From Octopus vulgaris (Eukaryota), in assembly GCA_951406725.2 (NCBI GenBank), contig OX597830.1, forward strand, positions 5,518,001 through 5,582,000: DNA of 64,000 nt. Direction: 5' to 3'. The notes below the pieces were generated by a model that was not told where the DNA came from, did not search any database, and saw only the letters and a list, made by a program, of their open reading frames with translations. Positions 1-16,293 of this stretch are shown piece after piece (within the stretch, counting starts at the first letter, position 1; each line of letters begins with the position of its first letter). Position numbers and translations under genes: made by a program.

Positions 1-51
1 ATATATATAAATACATACATAATAGCATATACATGTATCTTTAAATTTTGT

Positions 52-417
52 TTTACTTTCTTCAGTTATTAACCTGTGGCCATGCTGGGGCGTCACCTTG
101 CAGAAAAATTAGCCGACCAAATTGACCCAAGTATTTTTCTTTAAAGCTTGACACTATCGGTTTTATTAGCCGAACCACTAAGTTACTTGGAGGTAAACAC
201 ACCAACACCGGTTTTGGGGACAAACACACAAACATACACACACAGAAAATATGCATACAACGGATTTCTTTCAGTTTCCCTAACATCCACTCACAAGGAC
301 TCAGTTGGCTCGAATCTATAGTGGAACTGATGCACCCATGGTGCCACACAGTTGTGCTGAACTCGTGACCATGCGGTTGGGACGCAAACTCCTACCACAT
401 AACCATGCCTGCACCTG
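52..417 (-). mobile_element. tRNA-derived SINE, family A (degraded full-length copy)
   Basis: Reverse complement aligns over its length with the copy at 14271-14680 (head, CACTCACAAGG block, internal CA tract, GGCCATGCTGG tail). Confidence 0.8.
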
Positions 418-531
418 TCGGTGGGGATGTGTATGTTAGCGTTCAGAATAACAATGATTCCATATAGTCTTGTAGGAAAATGTATGTAAAATATCAATAA
501 ATATTATGGTAATAGCAGAAAACAAATAAGC

Positions 532-532
<1 letters not shown>

Positions 533-612
<80 letters not shown>

Positions 613-627
613 CATTATTATTATTAC
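533..627. repeat. (TTA)n microsatellite
   Basis: Direct reading. Confidence 0.98.
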
Positions 628-1091
628 TCTGTTGTTGAGCTTTAGCGATTAAAATGCCATATTTCATTGAATATGCGAATTAAATTTGCATACATGTATC
701 TGTATGGTTCACTTTCGAAAAGAACTTATCTTCTTCGTTACCTATACGTAGATGTATATAATATGTGTGTGTGTGAGAGAGAGGGGGGAGACAGAGAGTA
801 ATGTATATAAATATATATTCATATAAATATGCACATATAGATACATATATATGCATATATGTATATATGAGTATTTATATACACATGGATATATATATAT
901 ACTTATATTTGTTTACGTTCTCAAACTTTAATTGTCACTGATGATAAAACGGTCGCAGACCGCCACGATGTTGGTTAGTGACTTCTCTCCTCAAGATCAG
1001 ACAATATTTAATATCTCGTTGGCTTCTATTATTGTCCAGGAAGACATATCCGGAAGCATCTCAGAACATATTTCTAAATAACAACGACAGA

Positions 1092-2868
<1,777 letters not shown>

Positions 2869-2869
2869 A

Positions 2870-2900
<31 letters not shown>

Positions 2901-3497
2901 GTATTATCAATACGCAAATACTGACAAGAAATGGTATAAACGTATGCCAAACAAGCTATATGACAAACAAGGTATAGGACTAGTCCACAATCATCTGACA
3001 TATGCCTGTTCAAACTGACAAAGAAATAAAAGTTTATCACGTAAACAGGATAATCAAGGAATGAGGGGGCAAATAACAACCGCTTAGTGATACACATTGC
3101 AGTCCTTGATGACTAGAATAATGTCCATAAAGAACTGGAGAAGTGGTCAAATTACAAAGACCTCGAAATAGGAATATTCAAGATATGGGGTATGGAGGTG
3201 AAAACAATACCAATAATTATTGGAGTACTGCGTATGATAACAAAATAGATGAATAAAAACATATAAGATATACTTAGACCTTCAACACCAGCAAAATATC
3301 CCCAAAAAAGCCCTGCTGGGGACACCCAACATCCTACGCAAGATACTATAAATTCCAGAAAGAATAAAATGCAAATATGACCGCAGTGACATCTGTAAAT
3401 GTTACACTATGTCTCCATAATGGAACATAGAAAAAGACCAGACGTTCATAACTACACGCCGTACAGTGTAGTATATTATGAATAAATATACTACGAT
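2901..3497 (+). mobile_element. Degraded 3' fragment of an R4/Dong-like LINE (RLE domain + 3' UTR)
   Basis: Encodes remnants KWYK..P, TDKEIK, YKDLEI, KTIPIIIG, ALLGTPNILRKIL*, homologous to ORF 47036-47851; starts directly after a (TAA)n tract. Confidence 0.8.
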
Positions 3498-4046
3498 AAA
3501 GCTAGAATACTTTGTACTAAGAATCGTTGGTTGTTACATTATATCTATTTCATCTGTTTATATTTCTCACATAACGGCGAATTTCGATAAAGGTCAGTTA
3601 TATTTCTACAAACGACTGATAGAATATGTAACGGCTACATTAAACACCAGAGTCGATTCAATTAGCTTAACCACTCAATCTATACAAAAGTCTCTTTCCA
3701 CTTATTAATATGTAATCATATATTAGTAGGACGGTTCATTTTGGTGAATTAAATTGACGTATTCATATATTTATGATACACGCCATGGTGTAAATGGCCA
3801 GGAAGCCTGCACGCTATAACAGCACCGTCTTTCTGGTTTTCTTTGTGTGTTATACTTTACATAAGTATTCACATAGAAGGACATATGTGGCCGCAGACAA
3901 ATTATAATTCTGAAGAATCTGTGAGAAATATTAAGAAAAGATATTTGAACTGCTTCACTTTAGTGCATTTCTGGTATTTCAGATATTAAAAAATAAGAAG
4001 AAGGACAAATAGAAGGGAAAAAGAAGAAAAAGAAGTTGAAGAATAG

Positions 4047-4190
4047 GCGCAGGCGTTGCTGTGTTCCTTCGAAATATCATGAATCCGGGTTGAGTCCAAC
4101 TGCATGCTCTCTTAGACAAGTGTTTTCTACTTTAGCCTCGGGCTGACCAAGACATTGTAAGTGGATTTAGTAGACGGAAATAAGCCCGTG
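4047..4190 (+). mobile_element. SINE family A, 5' part (degraded)
   Basis: GGCGCAGG head, GGGTTGAGTCC B-box-like motif, CAAGTGTTTTCTACT and GTGGATTT.GTAGACGGAAA blocks shared with 14271-14680. Confidence 0.7.
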
Positions 4191-4191
4191 G

Positions 4192-4435
4192 TAACATTGT
4201 CCCGAAACAGATCAAAGACAAAAAGGATTCCATTACCTTTAAACGGAATCTGGACAAATTTCTTCTAGGAATACCAGATAAGCCACCCATACCTGGATAC
4301 AACTCACTCAACAAGAACTCCCTACTCGAATAGACCATGATATCACAAAATTTGACTTAAAAAGGATTTAGATAATCCTATCAGGTAGTGCTATTAAGTT
4401 TAACATTGCCTGGACCAATCTTTGGTTGAAACATC
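4192..4435 (+). mobile_element. 3' end of a CR1/L2-group LINE
   Basis: Translates as NIVPKQIKDKKDSITFKRNLDKFLLGIPDKPPIPGYNSLNKNSLLE, the FK..LD.FL..IPD.P...GY..NSL type of ORF2 C-terminus of CR1-group elements, followed by a short 3' UTR. Confidence 0.7.
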
Positions 4436-4556
4436 AGGAGTGGATGTGAGGTAAGTAGCATGCTTACCAACCACATGTTTTGTGCCTCAGTCCCACTGTG
4501 TGACACCCGACCAAAGACTTATGAGTGGATTTGGTTGACGGAAATTGAAAGTAGTC

Positions 4557-4590
<34 letters not shown>

Positions 4591-4815
4591 GTTATAAAAG
4601 GAGATAGGGGTTGAAAATTCAACCCACCATGGGATAACATATATCCAATATACTGCTAGATAGGTACCCAACAAGGCTAATACATAGATGTTAAAAATTG
4701 CCAAACAATCAGTTCATCTATTGTATTATATGGGCAAAGGTAATAATATTACCGTAAATTAATACTACAAAATTAGAAAATGGAGAAACATACTTAAATC
4801 AATAAAACATCATAT

Positions 4816-4852
<37 letters not shown>

Positions 4853-5110
4853 GTGTGTGTATGTGTTTGTGTGTGTGTTAGTTTGTGCCTGTGTTAGTTT
4901 GTGCCTGTGTTTGTCCTCCACCAGCACTTGACAATCCTGCGTAGGTGTGTTTACGTCCCCGTAAGTTAGCAGTTCGACAAAAGAAAACGATAGAATAAGT
5001 ATCGGGCTTAAGAGAATAATAATGGGGTCAGTTCGTTCGGCTGAAGTTCTTCAAGGCGGTGCCCCAGCATATCCGCTATCTGATGAGTGAAACAAGCAAA
5101 TGATGAAACA
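4436..5110 (+). mobile_element. SINE family A interrupted by a ~230-bp insertion (4590-4820) in its internal TA tract
   Basis: Head 4436-4555 and tail 4905-5110 align with 14271-14680; the unrelated insert is bounded by (TA)n on both sides. Confidence 0.8.
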
Positions 5111-5771
5111 TAATAGATAGAGAATACTGGACAAAATTAAGTTATTTGCGTAAGGAATGGTGATTTATATTATTGGCCTCAAAATAGAGGAAAGGCTAAA
5201 TTTATCTTGGCTAGATTAGAAATAAGGACATCATGATCGGAGATCAAATAACAGTAGCGTTCAGTGAATCAGTTATATAGTCGGGGTTGATCTAATTGAT
5301 GTTTGTTCAAGTACAAAATTTTGCTGAGTTTACCGAAAGAATCCTTTTAGCGCACTTGGTTCTGTAATGGCGGATCAGAAAAGTTTTTCTATGATACGAT
5401 ATGGTAACAGGGATTCCGTGGGGAACACTGACTCAATATTTTGATGGAGCAATGTCACACAGAATTCCTCATGCAATTAACGGGGTCTGCGGAACATCAG
5501 TGGTTGGGATGACGAAAAATATGAGATGTAGTCGATTAAAGATGTATAAGAAGAAGAATGAAAGATTGAAGGAAGGAGGGTAGAAGAACAAGGAGAAGAA
5601 AGAGAAGTGAAAGGGAGAAGATGAAAAGAAGGGGAAATAGAAGTTAAAAAAAGAGGGGAAGAAGTAGAAAAAACGAGAAGACGAAGAAAAAAAGTGAGGA
5701 AGAAACGGAAAAAGACGAAGGGGAAAAAGTAGTGGAAGAAGTAATAAAAGTAGTAGTAGTAGCAGCAGCAG

Positions 5772-5772
<1 letters not shown>

Positions 5773-5846
<74 letters not shown>

Positions 5847-5938
5847 CATCATTATTATTATTATTATTAGTAGTAGTAGTAGTAGTAGTAGTAGTATAGT
5901 AGTAGTATAGTAGTAGTAGTAGTAGTATAGTAGTAGTA

Positions 5939-5988
<50 letters not shown>

Positions 5989-5999
5989 TAGTAGTAGTA

Positions 6000-6043
<44 letters not shown>

Positions 6044-6255
6044 AGAAGTAGGAAAGAAGAAGAAATAGAAGGAAAGAAGAAGAAGACGACGACGAAGAAG
6101 AACACGACGAAGAAGACGAAGAAGAAGACGAAGAAGAAGGAGAAAAAGAAGAAGAAAAAGAAGAAGAAGAAAAAGAAGAAGAAGAAGAAGAAGAAGTAGA
6201 AGAAGAAGAAGAAGAAGAAGAAGAAGAAGAAGAAGAAGAAGAAGAAGAAGAAGAA
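5773..6255. repeat. Compound microsatellite (TTA)n-(TAG)n-(GAA)n
   Basis: Direct reading. Confidence 0.97.
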
Positions 6256-6684
6256 ATAAAAGTTACTAAATTGAATGAGTTTTGTGATGAAGTCTTAGTT
6301 TATCTTCCTACGTATGTGTTTTAACAATTCTTTCTTAGCAAAAAAAAGAATATCGTTTTGAATGGAATTATATTCTCTATACAAGTTTTTGGTGTGTCGC
6401 AAAAATAGCTCCAAAGAACTTACCTGATCTGAGAAAGTCTAAAAACAAAATATAGAAACGGAATCAAAATTACAAAAAAAGAAAAAAAAGAAAGAGAACA
6501 ACATAAAACAAAACAAAAAGTTATAAAATCATTAAAAAAATGAAGAACTGAAAACAAAGTTGAATTAAAATATATAAAAAAAAACAAAAACAAATTATGA
6601 ATAGAAAGAATAAAAAACAACGAAAAATAAAAACATTATCCTCTCAATGATTAAGAATTATTTCCCCTATATAATAAGTATTGT

Positions 6685-6688
6685 GATG

Positions 6689-6749
<61 letters not shown>

Positions 6750-6903
6750 TAATAATAATGATAATAATAATAATAATAATAATGATAATAATAATAATAA
6801 TGCCAACAACAACGATTGTGGTGAAGACAACGATAATGGCGATGACGACGATGATGATGATGATGATAATGATGACGACGACGATGATGATGATGATGAT
6901 AAT
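6685..6903. repeat. (TAA)n/(TGA)n microsatellite
   Basis: Direct reading. Confidence 0.95.
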
Positions 6904-7540
6904 CGCAAAAGTTACTTGAAAAAGTTCAGCGGTCACGACATGGAGAGTTAATTAGCTAACAAGCAATCGTTCGTGTTTTTGAATGTGTATGTACATGAGT
7001 GCGTGCGTGTATGTGAGTGCGAGGGTGTATTAATACATATGTGTGTGTATGTGTGTGTGTGTGTGTGCGTGTGTGTATGCATCTCTGCATGTGTGTGCGT
7101 TCGTGTGTAAAGCGGTATAGGAAGTGAAAACGAGGTTGTTAGAAATGTCACTTAAAGTTTTGCATTCGCTTACAGATTTGACATTGAACCACGTAAGCAA
7201 GTAAATACTTGAAGACAAACAGAAGGAGGATGTACAGTGGCGAGTAGTAGTTGGAGGAGATTAGACTCCTGGTTAAGGATTACATCCACAAGGAAATAAA
7301 AATTTCAAACATGGGTCTCACAGGTTCGCTTCACATCTACCTATGTATATATTTGCGTGTAAGCATGTGTATATGTGTGTGTGTATGTATCTATTTATCT
7401 CTCTATTTCCCCTCTTTCTCTGTGTATATGCATACATGCACACATAGATATATATACATATCTATCTGTCTGTCTATCTTTCTATGCATGTATCTATCTA
7501 TCTGTTGGTCTATCTATGTGTGTGTGTGTGCGTGTGTATG

Positions 7541-7612
7541 TATCTTTCTGTCGAAGAACATAGGCTGGAAACTTCAAAGACTTTTCTATTATTCCCGAGC
7601 ATCAAAATATAT
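7541..7612 (+). mobile_element. Short fragment of the Penelope-like terminal region also seen at 24152-24230, with degenerate hammerhead-like motif
   Basis: TATCTTTCTGTCGAAGA.C.TAGGCT..AAAC.T.AAAGAA-like block (7541-7580) and ATTCCYGAGC are shared with 24152-24215. Confidence 0.65.
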
Positions 7613-7614
7613 TT

Positions 7615-7727
7615 TGGGGGAGCGGGGACCAGTCGATTAGTCGATCCCAGTACGCAATTGGTGCTTAATTTGTCGACCCCGAAAGGATAAAACGCGAAGT
7701 CAACCACGGTGGAGTTCGAACTCAGAA
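7615..7727 (-). mobile_element. tRNA-derived SINE family B (partial)
   Basis: Reverse complement contains TTCTGAGTTCGAACTCC (B box) and the CCTTTCGGGGTCGAC..ATTAAG.ACCA core shared with 60046-60246. Confidence 0.75.
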
Positions 7728-8242
7728 TTTAACTGATCACGTGATCTTCCTCAGCCAATGAAACCGTATTCAAAACGGTACCAATTTGAACCATGTGCTT
7801 TCTACAAAAAGAAAAGAGAGAATTTTTCTACTCTACTCAGTAGCAAAACAAATGCAGGACAACTTCATGTCTTTCTATCGCAACTTTCGAAAACCAGCGA
7901 AATCTGTGAAACCGGTTAAGTGTTTAAAACTTGAAAAAAAAAATCTAAACAAATCTCACCTTCTTATATATATATATACATACATATATAAACCAACCTA
8001 TGACTGTCTGTTCTATGAAAATATCATTATTATTAGGTTCGTCCATCAGGTATCAACTTTATACTTTGCAATTTGTGGTTCCTGAGATAAATTATCACGC
8101 CAATTCTGGTATGAGACACACGTTTACGATATATGCACGTCTTGACGCTGGACTGCGTGCTTTTTGTGCAGCCCTGCTCTCGCTAGCTTCTGTGGTCGTA
8201 TCATATTCTAAGCACTGTACACAGTACTACGCAATATTGATC

Positions 8243-8321
8243 TAAGCAAGGTGTTTTCAAGTAGACTGCTCTAAGCATTGTGAGTGGATTTGATAGACGG
8301 AAGCTGAAAGAAGCCCGTCGC

Positions 8322-8386
<65 letters not shown>

Positions 8387-8600
8387 CGTGTATGTGTTTG
8401 TGTGTCTATTTGTCCCATCGCCACCATCGCTTGACAACCGATGCTGATGTGTTTACGTCCCCGTAACTTAGCGGTTCGGCAATAGACACCGATAGAGTAA
8501 GTACTAGGCTTACATAGAATAAGTGCTGGGGTCGACTTGCTCGATTAAAGGCAGTGCTCCAGTATGGCCGCAATCAAATTACTGAAACGAGTAAAAGAAA
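8243..8600 (+). mobile_element. SINE family A, 5'-truncated
   Basis: Aligns with 14350-14670, including the internal TA/TG tract and CTGAAACRAGTAAAAGA tail. Confidence 0.85.
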
Positions 8601-9540
8601 GTATATATATATGTATTAATATATATATATATATACACACACACACAGAAAAAATTCTGTTGGTTCAGAAAGAAGCAATAAATTACAGAACTCAGCACTT
8701 AACTCTGGCGTATTTTTCAATAGCATGCAACTGATAGTTTTCTACTTCTAGTACTCCGAGTTTCGCGTTTCGGCTGATTCAGCGGGGAATCTTGAATTAT
8801 CTGTTGTTAGAATATATTTTGAAATATTATACGAATGCTATCATGGAAACAATTATCTTTTGAAGCAACCGTCCGAGCGATACGTGCTTAAACGACTGTT
8901 TCAAGCTCGCGGATTTCATTTCATTTGTGGCTCCCGAGAGAAGGCTATAAACAGCTTCTTTTTTTAAAAGTTATAATTGTATTTGGCTTTAAACCACATA
9001 TCAGAGAGGTTGAGGAAATTGCGTTGTTTAAGCAATATTTTAATAGAAATTGTTTAGGAAACATTTCGAAACCAACGTTCTCATTCATACCGAATGTCAC
9101 ATCGAAAGTGAAGAAGATTGGGACTTCAACGAAGGGAACTTCGTGTCATGTATACAAGTTGCTAATAACTATAGTTAACGCCAAGACACATCCATGCACC
9201 TCAGCATATCAAGAGACATATTTAGCAAATACATCTACAGAAATGTTCCAATATACGCACGTACAAGTGTGTATAGGTGTCTGTATATAAGTGGATACAC
9301 ACACATATGCACAAACAATATTTGTTTATATATGAACAAATATATTTACATTTCTTTATATCATTTATATAGAGAACATTTATATTAAACGATACACATT
9401 TGTGTGTATGCCTATATATATATATACAGATATATACATATAACTATGTATGTACGTATCACTCTCTGCTCTCTCTCTTTCTCTCACTCTCTCTCTCTAT
9501 CTATCTATCTATTAACCTAGACATAGTTATATATACATAA

Positions 9541-9792
<252 letters not shown>

Positions 9793-10421
9793 CTGTGTGT
9801 GAATGACTGCGTGAATGCATTAGTGTGTGTGGTGTTGCGTTGGAAAAGTCCAAATGATATTTAGGTCTCTTTCAAGATGGCGGTAAAAACACTACGCTGT
9901 GAAGGGGAGGTAAGTTTGAAGACATGTGTAATGAGAAGCTCTTATCTGGAACCTCATGCAACAAGGGAAATAATGTCAATTATTCATATTTATTAGGTCT
10001 GTTACTTAGAATATATGGCACCATAAGTCGAAACTAAGATATGGATAGGTTGGCGAGAAAGACACATACAAGAATATAGAAGAGATAACACGCGTTACAT
10101 AAGAGGGAGAGAGAGAGAGAGTGAGAGAGTCTGTGAGAGAGCGAGAGAGAAAGATAAGGGGATCAGTTTAGATCTATGTACCTATCTATCTATATATCTG
10201 TCTATCTATTTCTATATTTACACACTTACTCGTGCGCGCACACTCTTTCCCTAAGATCACACACATTCGACTAAGACCGGTGCAACGAAGCTATAGATAT
10301 ATAAATGCAAAGACAGAATAAGAGATAAAATTAATGGTAACGTATTAACTTAATAAATAAATTAAGGAATATGTATAAATATATTCATAAACGAAAATAA
10401 TTTAACCTATATATATATATA

Positions 10422-10469
<48 letters not shown>

Positions 10470-10910
10470 TATATGTATATATGCACACAAACATGTCATA
10501 TGTCCTACGTGGATGCGAATGCATGTGTGTTTGGGCTTTAATGTATCTCTATGTGCGTAAAATATGTTTGAGTGTATATAAGTACGTAAACACAGAGATA
10601 TGTAGATGCAAAGATAGATTTCAATACGTTATATACACACACGCATACACACACGCGCACACACACACACATCTGTATGTATATATATACATATATCAAA
10701 TATATGAAAGTATATACATACATATATGTATGTGTATATATATATACATAGAGAGAGAGAGAGAAGGGAGAGAGAGAGAGAGATTGGATAGATATGTGCA
10801 TAAATTTTAAAATATGTGTGTATATATATGTATGTATGTAAGTATGTATGTATGTATGTATGTATGTATGTATGTGTGTATGTATGTATGTATGTATGCA
10901 TGTATGTATG

Positions 10911-10958
<48 letters not shown>

Positions 10959-11371
10959 CGAATTATGCAGAAATTTGATATATGCATATATATATATATG
11001 TGTGTGTGTTTGTGTGTGTGTATGTATGTATGTATGTATGTATGTATATTATGCAGATTTATGTATCAATTTAAATCAGAGAAGTGTAGCAACAACGTAC
11101 AAAAGCCATTCACCTACTTATACATGTATAACATATATACAGGAATAAACAACCAAATTGGTAAACATACGTATTAGAAATATCTACATGACACAAAGAT
11201 AAATAGAAGACGACACGTTGGGAGAAGAGAGAGAGTGAGAGAGAGAGAGAGAGAGAGGGACGGGGAGAGACATAGAGAAGGAGAGAGTATGAGAGAGAGA
11301 GAAGAAAAGAATTATATATATGTGTGTGTATTACGGAGTAATACGAACGGCAGCAGATATTACACACACAT

Positions 11372-11434
<63 letters not shown>

Positions 11435-11692
11435 TACACTTTACTACGTATATGTATTCGTATATGCATATCTAGCTATTTTCACCTTCTCTCTCTGTCT
11501 CTCCCTGGATATATATATATGTATATAAATATATACATATTCGCAAATATATACATACATATACATGTATGTATATATACATATATATCCATAAGCAAAT
11601 ATATATATATATGTATATATGTGTGTTTATATGTTTATATTTATATTTACTTACCTATACAATGAATACGTAGCTACAAATATATAGATATG

Positions 11693-11776
<84 letters not shown>

Positions 11777-12138
11777 TGTGTGTATACGCGCGCACTCACA
11801 AACAGACACATACGCGCACACACATGCAAACACACACACATATACATGGTATTGCATAACGGGCTAATATATATCGCAGCCAGTGTTTGTGTATACAAGG
11901 AAAGCTAGCCACAGAACATTACATTTACACCAGAAACTGAAAACAAATCCCGCCACGTCTCTTATGTAGTTTTTAATAGAGTGAGGCAGTAAAATGGAAA
12001 GGAAAAAGGGTGATAAGGGATGAAGAAATATTATGACAATAAGGTGGGGGTGCGGTTTGAGGAGTACTTTAGTAGGAGGAGATAAATATCGTTAGATTGT
12101 GTGTGTGCATGTGTGTGTGTGTGTGTGTGCATGTGTGT

Positions 12139-12183
<45 letters not shown>

Positions 12184-12370
12184 TGTGTGTGTGTGTGGTT
12201 GCTGTAGCGTCTCTGAACAGCTTGTGTCAGTTTTCTTTTTCTCTGTGTGCATATCCATATACACTTGTGCTGAACTGTATGAGTAAGGTTTTATAGAGGT
12301 ATCTCAGAACATACGCTTATGCGTGTATATACACACATATATATGTGTATATATGTATGCACAAGTATGA

Positions 12371-12402
<32 letters not shown>

Positions 12403-12461
12403 CGCAGACATATAGATATGTTTGTATATGCGTGTGTGATTTTTAGACATGTCCTTCAATA

Positions 12462-12723
<262 letters not shown>

Positions 12724-13202
12724 CATATACACATATGTTTGTATATGTGTAAGTGTAAATGTGTGTCTATTATATGTTATGCTTATTAACCTGTGCGGTT
12801 ATGGATTTTTCTGTGTATATATGTGTGTGTAAATATTAGCAGTAAATCATTTGTTATCTTTCCGCCTGTTATCTATCTATATAATACACAAATATACGCA
12901 TATACATACTCTCATACCTTCAATTACATACACATATGGACAGTCATACAGACTGACAGAGGAATAGATACAGTAAAACGCACGCACGCATACATATGCA
13001 TATATTTAGAGCACAATAAACCTGGCCTTTGATATTGAGTCTATTCGACTCATGTTAGATGTGCGTCTTGGCGTTACAACTCTGTAACCACTTGAATTTC
13101 GCTACGGTTGTAGGGCAACCTCTTCTTACTCGGGCAACAGATATCTTTAGAACATCACCGTGCCCATGATAATTATCGGAAAAGATAGATAGATGGATAA
13201 AT

Positions 13203-13243
<41 letters not shown>

Positions 13244-13594
13244 CGTGTGTGTGAGTGAGCGGGAGAGCGAATAAGAGGGAGGTGGGGGAGGTGAAAGACA
13301 GGATGCCATGTACTCTCCAACCAGAGACCTTATCCTAAAATTATCATCAGAGTGATCTCCCCTAAAGACATCCCTTCTGTATTTATATTCCCTCTATTCT
13401 ATCTCTCCCTTTTTTAAACAATAGAATTTTTCTTTTTGTCTCTTAGCCTTCTCGTCATCATTGCTGTATCACCTCCCAATTATTCACACCTGTATCACCT
13501 CTCGATTATTCACACTTGTCTTTCGCCGATTTTTTATTGCTGTGCTTGTCTCTGAGGTGTAGTATTTGCTATTGCTAATTATTTATTGCCTATC

Positions 13595-13750
13595 ATCCTT
13601 CCGATGAAATGCTCTGGTCATGTGACACTTACAGCTTGTGTGGATTTATATATCATACACCTAAGCTGTTGCCTTATCATTTACATCTGTTTTCATTATT
13701 TGCATTATTGCAATAAACAATCACCACATTGTCGAAACAGCTGTAAAGAT
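13595..13750 (+). ncRNA. Degenerate type I hammerhead ribozyme motif with long stem II insert, in a probable Penelope-like terminus (~13310-13829)
   Basis: ATCCTT-CCGATGA-AATG...CATTGTC-GAAA-CAGCTG-TA-AAGAT. Palindromic stem III (ACAGCTGT), GUA triplet, imperfect stems I and II, U4C core change; the element ends at (TA)n. Confidence 0.5.
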
Positions 13751-13828
13751 CCATCAATTATTTTTTCTTAATTTCTTAGGTGACCTCATTATAAATAATT
13801 TGGTGCCATATATAACTGCTTGCCTATC

Positions 13829-13950
<122 letters not shown>

Positions 13951-14270
13951 AAGGAGGGCAGAAGAAGGAGAATTAAGTAGATCAACAATAAAAAAAAATG
14001 GAATTTATTACGGTGAAAAATATTTCATACCAAAATGACCACACCAAAAAATTCCGTTTCTTTATTCTCGATATACATTAATCCTCTTTTCCCTCCCTTT
14101 TTTTTTGCGTGTATGTATATATGTACGTATATATGTGAATAAATACATGTCAATGTGTGTTTGTGTTTCTCTGCGTGTATGTATGTATAAGGTCCTGTGT
14201 CTTTGTGTGTGAGTGTGTGTGTATTCTTTTATGTGTGATTATATATATATATGTGTATATTTACTATGTA

Positions 14271-14680
14271 GGAGTAGGAGTGGCTGTGTGGTAAGTAGCT
14301 TGCTAACCAACCACATGGTCCTGGGTTCAGTCCCACTGCGTGGCATCTTGGGCAAGTGTCTTCTGCTATAAGCCCCGGGCCGACCAATGCCTTGTGAGTG
14401 GATTTGGTAGACGGAAACTGAAAGAAGCCTGTCGTATATATGTATATATATATATGTGTGTGTGTGTGTGTCTGTGTTTGTCCCCCTAACATTGCTTGAC
14501 AACCGATGCTGGTGTGTTTACGTCCCCGTCAAATAGCGGTTCGGCAAAAGAGACCGATAGAATAAGTACTGGGTTTACAAAGAATAAGTCCTGGGGTCGA
14601 TTTGCTCGACTAAAAGGCGGTGCTCCAGCATGGCCGCAGTCAAATGACTGAAACAAGTAAAAGAGTAAAGAGTAAGAGTA
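14271..14680 (+). mobile_element. tRNA-derived SINE family A, full-length well-preserved copy
   Basis: A-box TGGCTGTGTGG (14281-14291), B-box GGTTCAGTCCC (14324-14334), CTTGGGCAAGTGTC block, internal (TA)(TG) tract and short tandem tail (AAAGAGT)n; near-identical inverted copy at 30683-31064. Confidence 0.92.
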
Positions 14681-15517
14681 TGTCTCTTATATATGTTTAT
14701 GTATGGGTATATATATATATATGTGTGTGCGTCTGTGTAGGTATGTGCTCGTTTTTGTATGTGTGCATGCTTGTAATGCAACACACCCTATTTTGATAGT
14801 GAATAACACACTCTAAAATATAAGTTTGAAAACCGCGTTTGAGCAAGAATTCGTATCAAAGTCACATTTTGTGAGCTTATAAACTTCTAATTATTAAGGT
14901 GGAAAAAGATCAGAAAAGTCATTTCTATTCACTTTTATATACATGTGTGTGTGTGTGAGTGTGTGTGAATCAAACAATTGATCAAACAGCCTCTCACTCA
15001 AACAATTTGTCTATCGGTGTGCCAAGATACCTAGTTATCTAGTTGTCAACCTATCATCCTAATCGCACACATATATGCAAACGTTTATACATACACACAC
15101 ATATATACACTTACAAAAAGGATCTGCTCATCAGTTATTTATCAACCTGTAACGTATTTTATGAAATTAGCATTTTATAGCAAGGTGCTGTTTATTGCAA
15201 CAGTAGGGTAGCACAGCCATTTTGAAGGTCGGTTTTGTTTTTTTATGATATGTTTTGAATATGTTTCACTGATGAACAAAAGACGTAGATAATACGTTAA
15301 TTCCAGGTGATCTGGAACTAAATTCTTTTTCTAAATGTCTTGCTTTGAGAATTGCATTCGGTACGATCCGTTTATTTTTGGTAGTATTGACTTTGAAGGT
15401 CCCTCCTAGCGTGTGGCATTAATGTGTAATAATGCCCTCTATATAATATGTTTTATGTTTATGTTTTATGTTTTCCAGTTTCAGCTCTTGAGCTGTGGCC
15501 ATGCTGGGGCACCGCCA

Positions 15518-15800
<283 letters not shown>

Positions 15801-15906
15801 ATACAATACTTCTACAGCTACTACTAGCATAGACTAAAATTGTTTTCAGAAAGAATGGCACCATCAAAAGTGGCAGTATATTAAAATACCTTTTATTGGT
15901 GAAAAT

Positions 15907-16230
15907 TATAAAAAATTTATAAACAAGGGAAGAAGAAAAAAGATTTCTATGCCAATATGCAGAGAATAGACATTAAATCGCCAATCACCACATTACAATA
16001 TACATTCACTATAAATACACGTCGTGCTGAAATCGAGGAGAGCAGGCTAACAGAATTTTTTTTAAAGAAATAACGAATCTAAAAAAAATTCTGTTAGCTT
16101 GCCTTCCTCGATTTCAGCACGACGTGTATTTATAGTGAATGTATATTGTAATGTGGTGATTGGCGATTTAAAGCCTATTCTCAGCATATTGGCATAGAAA
16201 TATTTTTTCTTTTGCCCTTGTTTATAAATT

Positions 16231-16237
<7 letters not shown>
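15907..16237. repeat. Long inverted repeat (arms ~158 bp, spacer ~15 bp)
   Basis: 15907-16064 is the reverse complement of 16080-16237 with few mismatches (e.g. CACGTCGTGCTGAAATCGAGG / CCTCGATTTCAGCACGACGTG). Confidence 0.95.

Positions 16238-16288
<51 letters not shown>

Positions 16289-16293
<5 letters not shown>

Noticed and set aside
5080-5093. CTGATGAGTGAAAC hammerhead-like string
   Set aside because: No room for stem II; it is a mutated form of the SINE A tail (AAATGACTGAAAC).
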